A stretch of 24,000 nucleotides of DNA from an uncultured Pseudobdellovibrionaceae bacterium (GTDB taxonomy: Bacteria; Bdellovibrionota; Bdellovibrionia; Bdellovibrionales; UBA1609). Both the position numbers and the translations under genes were made by a program. The notes below the pieces were generated by a model, which was not told the origin of the DNA, did not search any database, and worked only from the letters and a program-made list of their open reading frames with translations. Below, piece after piece: positions 14,101 to 21,535 of this stretch; within the stretch, counting starts at the first letter, position 1; every line of letters begins with the position of its first letter. Location of the stretch: NCBI GenBank assembly GCA_964636785.1, contig CAZWVK010000009.1:1-24000 (forward strand). Reading direction: 5' to 3'.

Positions 14101-17100
14101 GGCACTATTAGCAGTGATCCGCTGACTTTTAAAACAGGATTGTCTTGTTCAGCGCTTGATAAGAACAGACATTTGTTTAAAGGACTCTTTGTGATGAATT
14201 TCACCCAAGTGTCTTTTTTTGCCCAAAAGGGGAGTTCTGCCTCTAAAGCGCCGAGTTGCATAAGTAGGCGCCCAAGTCCCGAGTTTTTGGATATTTTGTT
14301 TTGATTCTTTGCAGATTGGCCTAAAAGATCTTCGATACTTGGACGAATCTGCGCTGACCATAATCGACTCAGAAACTGGTTAGCAGTGTTGCCATCGATA
14401 TCCCCAAGAGCACCTTTGGTTGCCAATTTCTCAATTAACCAGTATCCAATTAGAAAAAGTGCGCGACCACTAAAACCAAAATCAGGGTGAGTGGCAGCAA
14501 ATTCCTCAAAAGACTCTTCATTAAAATCAGGAAAATCCCACGTAGCGAGTCCGAGGGTCTGTAGACCTCCCTCTCTCACCTGAACCGCAGTCACGTCTAA
14601 AGCGATGACATCTGTTAGAAGCTCCAGGACGAATGTGCCCCGGTCGGAATCGGCTAGCAGGTCGAAATCCTCATCTGTTTCAGTTGTACGGCTTTGTGAA
14701 TCACTAATGGTGTAGTTCTCTAATAGCCATTCCCTCAAGGCACGCTTTCTCGAATCGGGATTGCGGTTTTTGAAGTCTGTCTGGAGAACCTCCCGTGGAA
14801 TTAGGTTTTGAATGGTCTGCTTACGTATCCTAAAAGATTTGGGAAGGCTAGCACTACGATGAACTAATTCGCCTGATTCCACACTCATTAAGAGGCGAAT
14901 TGCAAAATCATACTTGAACGATTCCGGTAGCCGTTCGTCCGTAGCAATGCGTTTTTTCAATAACCACGGTTCTTTGTCATTTGCATCCTGATTTGCTTTC
15001 AAAAAGCTAGCAACGGCTCGACGCAAATTAAGCCTTCTATGACGATCAGTCAAAAATCCCGAAAGAAATGAAGTTTCCTGTCTGTTGTCACAGAAAATTA
15101 AAAGCTTCCGCTCTTTGTTGTCACCTTTAGGTGAGCCGTCATATGAAATTTTTGAAAGGAGACTGGCTGAATGAACGGAAAGATCAATTGATGCACTACT
15201 TCGGTGCGTATTAATTAGCGGTCTTTCGTCAGAGGTTTCCCCACAAGCAGGACAACTATGAAAATCTGAAGCCTCTGCTTTTTCTTTCTTGCCATTGGTA
15301 ACTTTGGTTTTAATCCGGCTGTAGCGCACCAATATCGTGGCATCTGAATTTTTTGATTTGCCATAGGTGGCGATTAGATGTTTTCCAGAGGTAGAAAGCG
15401 TATATTCATGCCGCTCCCAACCAGAGGGTAGATGTTGGCCATTATTTGGAATAGTTTCTGGATCATGTAGTACTGCGGCTTCGATCCCGCCACTAAGTGC
15501 TTCCTCGTCAAATCGCTCTGGTAGGTTGATAATTTTAGACTGTTCGGCACCTTCTCCATCCTGAGCAATCATCAGGCCCGCAAATGCACTGTGCCCGCAC
15601 TTCCGACAAGAAACAAAATTCAGCGCTTTTTTGTCTGAATTAGCCAGCGATTCATCATCAAACAATGTCTTTCTATCCAGTGACCAGTACACTCGCGGTT
15701 GCGCGCGGCCAAATAAGTGATATCGAAGACCTATTGCCGGAAATATTTCATTTTCAAAAGCGTGGCTACAAAGTATTAAGAGTGCTTCTAAAAGATGTGG
15801 ACTTCCACCGACACGGCCAGTAAATCGTGAAATAGCGATTTTTAGTGTAACCATACTTGATTCCTGACCTTGTTCGTCTTTCAACAGAACAGCCAGTAGG
15901 TGAGGCGCTATAGCTTTTGCCCAGGGATAAATTTGTTTGGCACAGGTGAGATAGTCTGAGGTTTCAATTTTGACGAATCGTTTTGCCAGTTTAAATAAAG
16001 ACTCTGGAAACATGGCTGAGAGATCTTCAGCAATGGCCTCAGCCGGGGCGGCTTTACAGGCTTCGAATACGCTCAGATCTGGGTTAACAAGTGCCTCAAA
16101 GCTATCTTTCAATAACCAATTTTCGCCCTCGAATGGACGACCAAAGAGTTTAGTGAACATATCTCGCATATCATGTTCAACTTTTTTCTCATCCTGATCT
16201 GGCCCTTGGCTAAGAGTTGCCGAGGTAGCAATTGGCACAAAACTTCGTCCACGCTCTCCAAGATGAACCTTGAGACGATTTAATAAGCATGCAATTTCCA
16301 AGGCCAACGTCCCGGTATAAGTGTGGGCCTCATCTAAAACTAAGTACTCCAGATTCATATCTTTAAAAAGTCGCTGATCAGATGACCTTAGAAGCATGTA
16401 TTCAAGCATCTTATAGTTCGTTAGTAGAATGTGGGGAATTGTCTCAGGTTTGGCCGGGTCAACGACCAGCGTACTTGGATCAAACAAAAGATTGTCGACT
16501 TCGATATCGGGGCGATCTGCTCGTAAGCGTTCTCGAATTTCTTTAATTTCTCTAATAATTTTTTCTTTGTCGGAAGTGTTAAGATCTTTAAAAGCACCGT
16601 TGTAGATTCCAACACGAATCCCGGTGCCTGCTGCATACTTAATAATTCGATAAAACTGATCGTGAACTAGCGCATTCATCGGATAGATAAATATCGCGCC
16701 AATTCCTTGCTTAGTTGGTCCGTAACCCTTCTTAAGGAGACCGTTGATTACTGGCAAAATAAAACTTTCAGATTTTCCAGAACCCGTTCCTGTTGAAATG
16801 ACTGTGCCTTTACCAGAATTAATTCTTTCCCAGGCATTAACTTGATGTGAGTAAGGTGTTCTTAGTTCTGGTAGCGTCCTTAATGTTTCTTGAAGCAAGG
16901 GGTGAAAGTCACCTAGGTTCGGATCTAGTCTTTGGCGAGTTCGCACCAACTGAAGCACTGGATCTTGAAAAAGTGCACCTTCTTTTTCCATAATTGCACG
17001 AAGTTGTCGGTCTAATTCAAAATTTCCATTCTCAGCAAATGGGAACTTTGAACTTACATAGTCGATGAAGTCGCTTCGTAATTCACGAGAAAGATTAAAG

Positions 17101-17108
17101 GGTTGCAT
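11115..17108 (-). CDS. Giant (1,997-aa) DEAD/DEAH-box helicase fused to a DUF1998 (MrfA-type Zn-binding) domain and a C-terminal DUF559/Vsr-like endonuclease domain; DrmA+DrmB-like / DruE-like / Hhe-like
   Basis: Helicase motifs: PYSHQ, TGTGSGKSE (aa 106-114), YPMNALVHDQ, VLDEAH (aa 257-262), ATSATL, LLIFCDNRQ (aa ~669), VATPTLEMGVDLPDL, QRAGRAGRG (aa ~1125). DUF1998-like region at aa ~1361-1745: FLPNFDFPG, CSNTC...CPSC, GGSGIIP...CCEKGCYRCLKSYDNQWDH. Nuclease motifs at aa 1773-1852. The ATG lies 3 nt after the stop of the upstream methyltransferase. Confidence 0.9.
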   Translation of the reverse strand: MQPFNLSRELRSDFIDYVSSKFPFAENGNFELDRQLRAIMEKEGALFQDPVLQLVRTRQRLDPNLGDFHPLLQETLRTLPELRTPYSHQVNAWERINSGKGTVISTGTGSGKSESFILPVINGLLKKGYGPTKQGIGAIFIYPMNALVHDQFYRIIKYAAGTGIRVGIYNGAFKDLNTSDKEKIIREIKEIRERLRADRPDIEVDNLLFDPSTLVVDPAKPETIPHILLTNYKMLEYMLLRSSDQRLFKDMNLEYLVLDEAHTYTGTLALEIACLLNRLKVHLGERGRSFVPIATSATLSQGPDQDEKKVEHDMRDMFTKLFGRPFEGENWLLKDSFEALVNPDLSVFEACKAAPAEAIAEDLSAMFPESLFKLAKRFVKIETSDYLTCAKQIYPWAKAIAPHLLAVLLKDEQGQESSMVTLKIAISRFTGRVGGSPHLLEALLILCSHAFENEIFPAIGLRYHLFGRAQPRVYWSLDRKTLFDDESLANSDKKALNFVSCRKCGHSAFAGLMIAQDGEGAEQSKIINLPERFDEEALSGGIEAAVLHDPETIPNNGQHLPSGWERHEYTLSTSGKHLIATYGKSKNSDATILVRYSRIKTKVTNGKKEKAEASDFHSCPACGETSDERPLINTHRSSASIDLSVHSASLLSKISYDGSPKGDNKERKLLIFCDNRQETSFLSGFLTDRHRRLNLRRAVASFLKANQDANDKEPWLLKKRIATDERLPESFKYDFAIRLLMSVESGELVHRSASLPKSFRIRKQTIQNLIPREVLQTDFKNRNPDSRKRALREWLLENYTISDSQSRTTETDEDFDLLADSDRGTFVLELLTDVIALDVTAVQVREGGLQTLGLATWDFPDFNEESFEEFAATHPDFGFSGRALFLIGYWLIEKLATKGALGDIDGNTANQFLSRLWSAQIRPSIEDLLGQSAKNQNKISKNSGLGRLLMQLGALEAELPFWAKKDTWVKFITKSPLNKCLFLSSAEQDNPVLKVSGSLLIVPNPKLWRSAYTGAWRVSAFRHDFEGAMTGKKPGDTWKQVINPPHEYYRKLYHQPLSSEARLVSAREHNGMIGAADQNEAVNKFVKGQINTLVATPTLEMGVDLPDLPTVIHRSVPPDASNYAQRAGRAGRGPKRAMIFTYCGFSSHDMTFFENPIDMASGEILPPGMPIENTFIIARHLNGLILEAMGLPIDGVPSIELSRWDKLVDLSNHFQKAKALLGDEIAGLPTAPQNWREIYESRKNLIQSMIDDFINLTSTHLWKPSLKSEAVNTLASELRQKADITSWPDTFASELNGYLALLDIYLNEVETLGSKSGLERLRMNEDERKGLERALSRALYFSKLYLGIGRNFDKPQPISDMAASGFLPNFDFPGRVTRFRGVRVNYGNSENKYMDLLKYDRSATVALREFAPEQKIYGHGWIYEVERYISAQNANLTTTGWGVCSNTCTELIPPGSEECPSCQSPVIRAGEDGDSVRPELIEIREAHGSQRNVISDSTSRREMNYFTADLKLIGAPNNDSSKALTTDQSIQMHFHMSRENSFRVLQIIHRRDSAVSGNSQTALWREKSESSSFGVRLNPPPAATRAQWRPFFPAVQTDCPGIRLRLPISSARYNQWVQGLPDGHTEAHNIFYKTLAATFERATQKVLRLNKRANHLEITERRIMAPTANGQDPQVSSLEILILDTERGGSGIIPMIETYWDQILDECTSLISKSCCEKGCYRCLKSYDNQWDHAHIDKSVFLIDGKPILFEALKTGNWKAIDIGLGQQTDERSGAETLFSKWLKEAKIQYKTQQEFRDPSEGLVTVSDFQIESGRRKLQLFVDGWEHHREKFLADIEKRNFLAKRGWSVMWVPGHWPSQTGPLEILKDMISSAEPLDIFKRKEKLFAIPSIVDDQTKKRLELGLSKQTIFYQLSPVDLDEIDDPRTLILGNALNNLKKAFHPIAISDDGTVICLVHGPEIMATKESWETWCTMQSALAAMGYRNLVVWMGERVSIRD
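11553..11792 (-). other. DUF559/Vsr-like PD-(D/E)XK endonuclease domain within the giant helicase (aa ~1773-1852)
   Basis: SGAETLFSKWLKEAKIQYKTQQEF...VSDFQIESGRRKLQLFVDGWEHHREKFLADIEKRNFLAKRGWSVMWV. This reproduces the DUF559 order S-x-x-E ... Q ... DF ... VDG-x-x-H ... D-x-x-(K/R)-x-x-x-L-x-x-x-GW. Confidence 0.65.
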
Positions 17109-17111
17109 TTG

Positions 17112-20100
17112 TTATGCACTCCTCTTTTTACTACTAGATCTACTTGTGTTCTGAACCTCTGTATTTTGGTTGCTATCATCCTTCAGTTTAAAGATTGGTG
17201 TATGGTCAATTTGTCGTAATGACTTGTCCTTAGAATATTCATCATAAAATTTTATGATCATATCGACGTATTCGGGACTGTTACGCTTTAATGTGTCGAA
17301 TTGATTTTCGAGAATCCAAATCAGGTTTTCTCGGCCCATTTCTGGTTGGTTTATACCATAGTGATGCCAGATCAATGCGTCCACTCTCGCACGATCAGCA
17401 TCTGAAATGGTGGTCTTCTCGATTATTCTAACCGCTTTGACGAGAAACATGCTCTTATAATTTGCGATTGGTAAACAGCTGACCGCTTCTTCTGTCATTC
17501 CATTTCCACAAGTAAGCTTAGCGAGAAAGTCTAATGGCAATGAGCTTAGAATTACAGCTAGGGAGAGCAGATTTTTAGGAACGTCAAGAGCATATGCTTT
17601 GCCATTTATGTAATACCCTTTTGGAAGAATTGACACCATAAATGTTCTTTGATTACCCGATCTGGTTAGACTCCGCCATGCGATTTTTGGACGCTCAATA
17701 TTAATTCCTCTTGTGGATAGATGTTCGCGCTTCGCATAGTATTCTATTGGTGAGTCAGTTGAGGTTAATAAATGATTAATATCCCTACCTCTCAGCATAG
17801 GTATCCAGTTGCCATTTTCTTTTTCTAGCTCTCTGGGTTCAATCTTGTTAGTAAATTCGCAGTATCCCTTTTTGGGTCCAGATGAGTGGTTAATTCCTTG
17901 TCGCACCACGCGTTCGAGTTCGGAAAGATAGGCGACCGGCCCAGATGCATTGTGAATTGCGGCAGCCACAGAGACTTGTGTGTTACTAATTAAAGCGGGA
18001 ATTGCAAGCGTAGCAGCAGAGAACTTTTGCAACTGTTCAAATGAGAGCTCTACAGGGAAATATGTAGCTATTGGATTTCGTGAGTCGATTGCAACTGAAA
18101 TGGTATCTAGGTCATTCGTTTGGACCACATTGTTGACGAAGATAGGATTCGACGTTCCGGCCTCTCTGGCAATCACATTACATGTAAACTCGAAGTAAGA
18201 AGGTATTTCGAATATAGAATGAGTATTCCTAAAGTTTACGCTCTCACGAAGCAGCCGCTCTCGAATTAAAAGACGGCGTAAGTCTTTCGTACCTGAATTT
18301 GAGAATATTGCGTACCGTGTAACTAATAAGCCCAATCTTCCCTCGTGATTTATCTGGCAATAGGAAAGTATTGAGAAAAGCACGGATAAATCAATTTTAC
18401 CTTCAATTTTAGCTTCGATTTTTTTTGTACTTTGCCATAATGTCGTCAGTCCCTTTGCGGATCGGTTTTTAGTGAAAATTTCTACCTCGCAGTTTGGCTC
18501 TATTTTGATAAGGCCCTTTCGTCTTTGGGGTTTCTCTGCAGCTTTCAATGAAAGATATTGTGGATCGTAGATTGGATACACGTCTTTGTCTTGAACCCCA
18601 ACTACACCCCATGGTGGGTTTGATATTATTGCGCTAAAACCAGAATGTTTAGGGCTTGCAAATACTTGTGCAAACTCGATATGCCATTGGTAAAAGCGGT
18701 GTTCTCTTGAAACCTTGAATGCAGCTTTAAGTGATTGAAATGCAGATTTTGAAAGTGTTCTCTTTTTCTTTTTCGAGGTACGCTCCAGGGTATTATTATC
18801 TAAAAGATATTCGGTTAGTTCCTTCAAAATTGATAGAGTTGGAAAGCATTTCATTTCATCCACAGGCCAAAACCATTGAGCACACCACAAATCGCCTAGG
18901 GCTTTTAGACGAGCGAATGCACGTTGGTATCGGACCATTTTCTTATAGCCAGTTGGACCATGTTCGTTAATTAGCACTTCTTTTCGTGCGGCTTCGAGTC
19001 TCGTATCAATTTCAATGCCTTCTGCCTCAATTAGCACATCATCGAGTTCGGGAATCCAGGCAAGGCGGTCTCTATGTCTCAGCTCTAAGGAGTCTACAAT
19101 CTCGCCTCTTTTTTGAATTTTCTCAAATTCAGTGACGGCCTTTCGTGCGAGTTGGAGCATCTTGCTCAATTCAATTTGCATCTTAATTGCCCAGTCGGCC
19201 CAGTTCTCATCACCGAATGTTTGGCGCTCATTTCTGAGTTTTGATTTTAATTCGGAGATTTGTTCTTTGATATCGTTGGAGGTGGCTTTTCTGCGGAATG
19301 CTTTTTCTTTCACATCCCAGGCCTCAAAGATCTTTTTGTCAATATCTAGTGCTTCCGTGAAGATATTAAAAATAGATGGAAACTCTGTATGTCCATCCCA
19401 GCTGGTTTTTGATTGGTTAAGATAGTCAGCATAGATGAGCGAGTTTCCTGATTTTAAACGATGATGTAAAAAGGGGAGAGGTTGACCTTTTACTAATGCT
19501 TCGAGATAGAGCGACGTTCTACACAGCTCAAGACTGAGTGGATTCAAGTCGACTCCGAAGAGGCAGTTTTCAAGGATTTGTCTTTTACATTCCTGAAGGT
19601 CGTCGAAAGTGGTATCGCGACCTCGAAGTGTAATATCTTTCTCTCGAACCTTTGCTTTTAATAGCTCTTGACCAAGGTAGCGTAGAGTTGCGATCAAGAA
19701 CCCGCCAGAGCCTACTGCGGGTTCAACGATTCGCAGGTTTAAAATATCTTTGGCTGATTTGCCTTCAACAAGTGGCTTAAGGGTTCGTTTGACTAAAAAT
19801 TCTGCTAGCTTTGGGGGCGTATAAAAACTTGCGGTCTGGCGTTTTTGGCCACCAAGTGGTGCTACGATAAAGGTCCCAGTAGTCGGATTAAATCCGGGTC
19901 TCTCTTGTGAAATATAAGTTTCAAGTCTTCCGACTGCGGCACCTCGTTTACGTTTTTTTCGTGTCGTTCGTAAACCAGACATTTCCGTTGATTCAAACTC
20001 GGTCATTTCAAGTGCATCGGCCAATTTTCTCGAAACGAGCCCAACTCCGCCTCCATGGGCCGGTACCCATAGAGACTCTTCACGAACTATAACGGGCTTT

Positions 20101-21527
20101 TGTGCAAGTAGCGCTTCATAAACTGCGCCTAATTGTTCTACACCGAGATTTCCAAAATGTAGTCGTCTTCCGGACTCTTCGCCTCCAACACGTGTCAGTG
20201 TCAGTAAAACCTGCGCAATTGCATTATCGCGAAGCGCGGGCCCTTCATCAAAGGTAGGAGCTTGGTCGGGTGCGAAGAGTTGGCCGTTAAAAGCGCTGAC
20301 AAATTCACCACCAGAAAGCTTTACCCCACGTCGAAGTAATGTGAACAAACTTTCAAATGCGCCCCAAAGATAGGTCCCATCAGGATCGGCGTGGCCTTGT
20401 CTTTCGCGTTTAATAAAATCTTCTGCCCAGTTTCGTAGATGTTCTACACTGTAGAACGAGGCGTATTGTGGATTTTCGACAGGCAGGAATCTCCTTGCTT
20501 CTGCATAAAGGATGAATAGAACCCTGTATAAAACAAATAGACCATCTTTGAAAAGTTGATGGGCAATTCTCTCGTTCTGATTTTGATTTTTTGATTTCTG
20601 CTTTAACGCTGGGTCAACGTTTAAACGCTCGTTGATGAGAATTTCCAAAGCTAAGGTGACTTGTTTGTGTAGGTCTTCTGTGATTTTCCTGGCCTGCTCT
20701 AGATCCTCACGAAATAGCATGCTCGAAGCAGTGGCTTTGGTTTTAACTGCGGCACCAGAAGCCTCTTCTTCGTTTTCTTCGGACTCCTCTTCGGCAGCTT
20801 CATTTTCATCTTCCGCAACCGCCTGTTCTTCTGAACATGAATATGCGAAGAAATCCGAACTTAAAAGGTGAGTTGCTAGACTTAATGCTGAGTCATTGTC
20901 ATCGAGCAGAATCTCCGTCCAGCGTATTTCTAGGTATTGACCAGCCGTTTGGCTTTCAGATCTGAAATAATAGGCTGAATGGGGCAGAAATAGTACGGCC
21001 TCTGCGCAGCCGGCTGCTTTGATCAGGCGCTCAACCTGTTCTGAAAGAGTTTCCTTTTTGTTTGGCTGATGTGTTCTTTCACCTGTAGCCGTCGTCAGGT
21101 GAAATCCCGAAGAATCTACATCCAGTGGAATTTCGTCTTCACCGGCGAATAGAATAGCTACCGAGTGGCTAGAATTGGGAGACCTTAAGTAAGATAAAAA
21201 ACCTTCGCCGTCCCAGTGAGGAATGCTTTCATGAACAAAATCTGAATAGCCGAAATAATTTTTTAGTGTTTGAAACCACTCGTTAAGTAGCTTTCGGCGT
21301 TTCTCAATATGTTTAGAATTCGCTTCCTTCGTTTTTGCTATTTTTTGATCGAATTCTCTGTACTGATCTCGAAATGCGCGTAGTCGCTCATTTTGATGCT
21401 TCTTGATAATGTAGGTAAACGCATCGCCACCAACGAATTGCAATAATGTTTCGTCGCTTAGGAAGCCATTTCGGGGGTCAATGCCCTTTAGTGCCGCGTG
21501 TGATCTTTGTAATTTATGTGCTGCCAT
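17112..21527 (-). CDS. Large (1,471-aa) gamma-class N6-adenine DNA methyltransferase of the PglX / DrmMI / type IIG-like family
   Basis: FYTPPKLAEFLV (aa 568), RIVEPAVGSGGFLI (aa 599-612), FGVDLNPLSLELCR, SGNSLI, then FYQWHIEFAQVF...FSAIISNPPWGV (NPPW aa 970-973, nt 18609-18620). Family-typical helical region LFKDGLFVLYRVLFILYAEARRFLP and FGNLGVEQLGAVYEALL. A ~500-aa C-terminal region may be a target-recognition domain. Confidence 0.9.
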   Translation of the reverse strand: MAAHKLQRSHAALKGIDPRNGFLSDETLLQFVGGDAFTYIIKKHQNERLRAFRDQYREFDQKIAKTKEANSKHIEKRRKLLNEWFQTLKNYFGYSDFVHESIPHWDGEGFLSYLRSPNSSHSVAILFAGEDEIPLDVDSSGFHLTTATGERTHQPNKKETLSEQVERLIKAAGCAEAVLFLPHSAYYFRSESQTAGQYLEIRWTEILLDDNDSALSLATHLLSSDFFAYSCSEEQAVAEDENEAAEEESEENEEEASGAAVKTKATASSMLFREDLEQARKITEDLHKQVTLALEILINERLNVDPALKQKSKNQNQNERIAHQLFKDGLFVLYRVLFILYAEARRFLPVENPQYASFYSVEHLRNWAEDFIKRERQGHADPDGTYLWGAFESLFTLLRRGVKLSGGEFVSAFNGQLFAPDQAPTFDEGPALRDNAIAQVLLTLTRVGGEESGRRLHFGNLGVEQLGAVYEALLAQKPVIVREESLWVPAHGGGVGLVSRKLADALEMTEFESTEMSGLRTTRKKRKRGAAVGRLETYISQERPGFNPTTGTFIVAPLGGQKRQTASFYTPPKLAEFLVKRTLKPLVEGKSAKDILNLRIVEPAVGSGGFLIATLRYLGQELLKAKVREKDITLRGRDTTFDDLQECKRQILENCLFGVDLNPLSLELCRTSLYLEALVKGQPLPFLHHRLKSGNSLIYADYLNQSKTSWDGHTEFPSIFNIFTEALDIDKKIFEAWDVKEKAFRRKATSNDIKEQISELKSKLRNERQTFGDENWADWAIKMQIELSKMLQLARKAVTEFEKIQKRGEIVDSLELRHRDRLAWIPELDDVLIEAEGIEIDTRLEAARKEVLINEHGPTGYKKMVRYQRAFARLKALGDLWCAQWFWPVDEMKCFPTLSILKELTEYLLDNNTLERTSKKKKRTLSKSAFQSLKAAFKVSREHRFYQWHIEFAQVFASPKHSGFSAIISNPPWGVVGVQDKDVYPIYDPQYLSLKAAEKPQRRKGLIKIEPNCEVEIFTKNRSAKGLTTLWQSTKKIEAKIEGKIDLSVLFSILSYCQINHEGRLGLLVTRYAIFSNSGTKDLRRLLIRERLLRESVNFRNTHSIFEIPSYFEFTCNVIAREAGTSNPIFVNNVVQTNDLDTISVAIDSRNPIATYFPVELSFEQLQKFSAATLAIPALISNTQVSVAAAIHNASGPVAYLSELERVVRQGINHSSGPKKGYCEFTNKIEPRELEKENGNWIPMLRGRDINHLLTSTDSPIEYYAKREHLSTRGINIERPKIAWRSLTRSGNQRTFMVSILPKGYYINGKAYALDVPKNLLSLAVILSSLPLDFLAKLTCGNGMTEEAVSCLPIANYKSMFLVKAVRIIEKTTISDADRARVDALIWHHYGINQPEMGRENLIWILENQFDTLKRNSPEYVDMIIKFYDEYSKDKSLRQIDHTPIFKLKDDSNQNTEVQNTSRSSSKKRSA

Positions 21528-21535
21528 TTAATGCC

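Noticed and set aside
17112-21527. BREX system, because the methyltransferase is PglX-like
   Set aside because: No PglZ, BrxC/PglY, BrxA/B or BrxL genes are in the window. The flanking SNF2 and DUF1998-helicase genes fit DISARM-like content better. BREX genes beyond position 24000 cannot be excluded.
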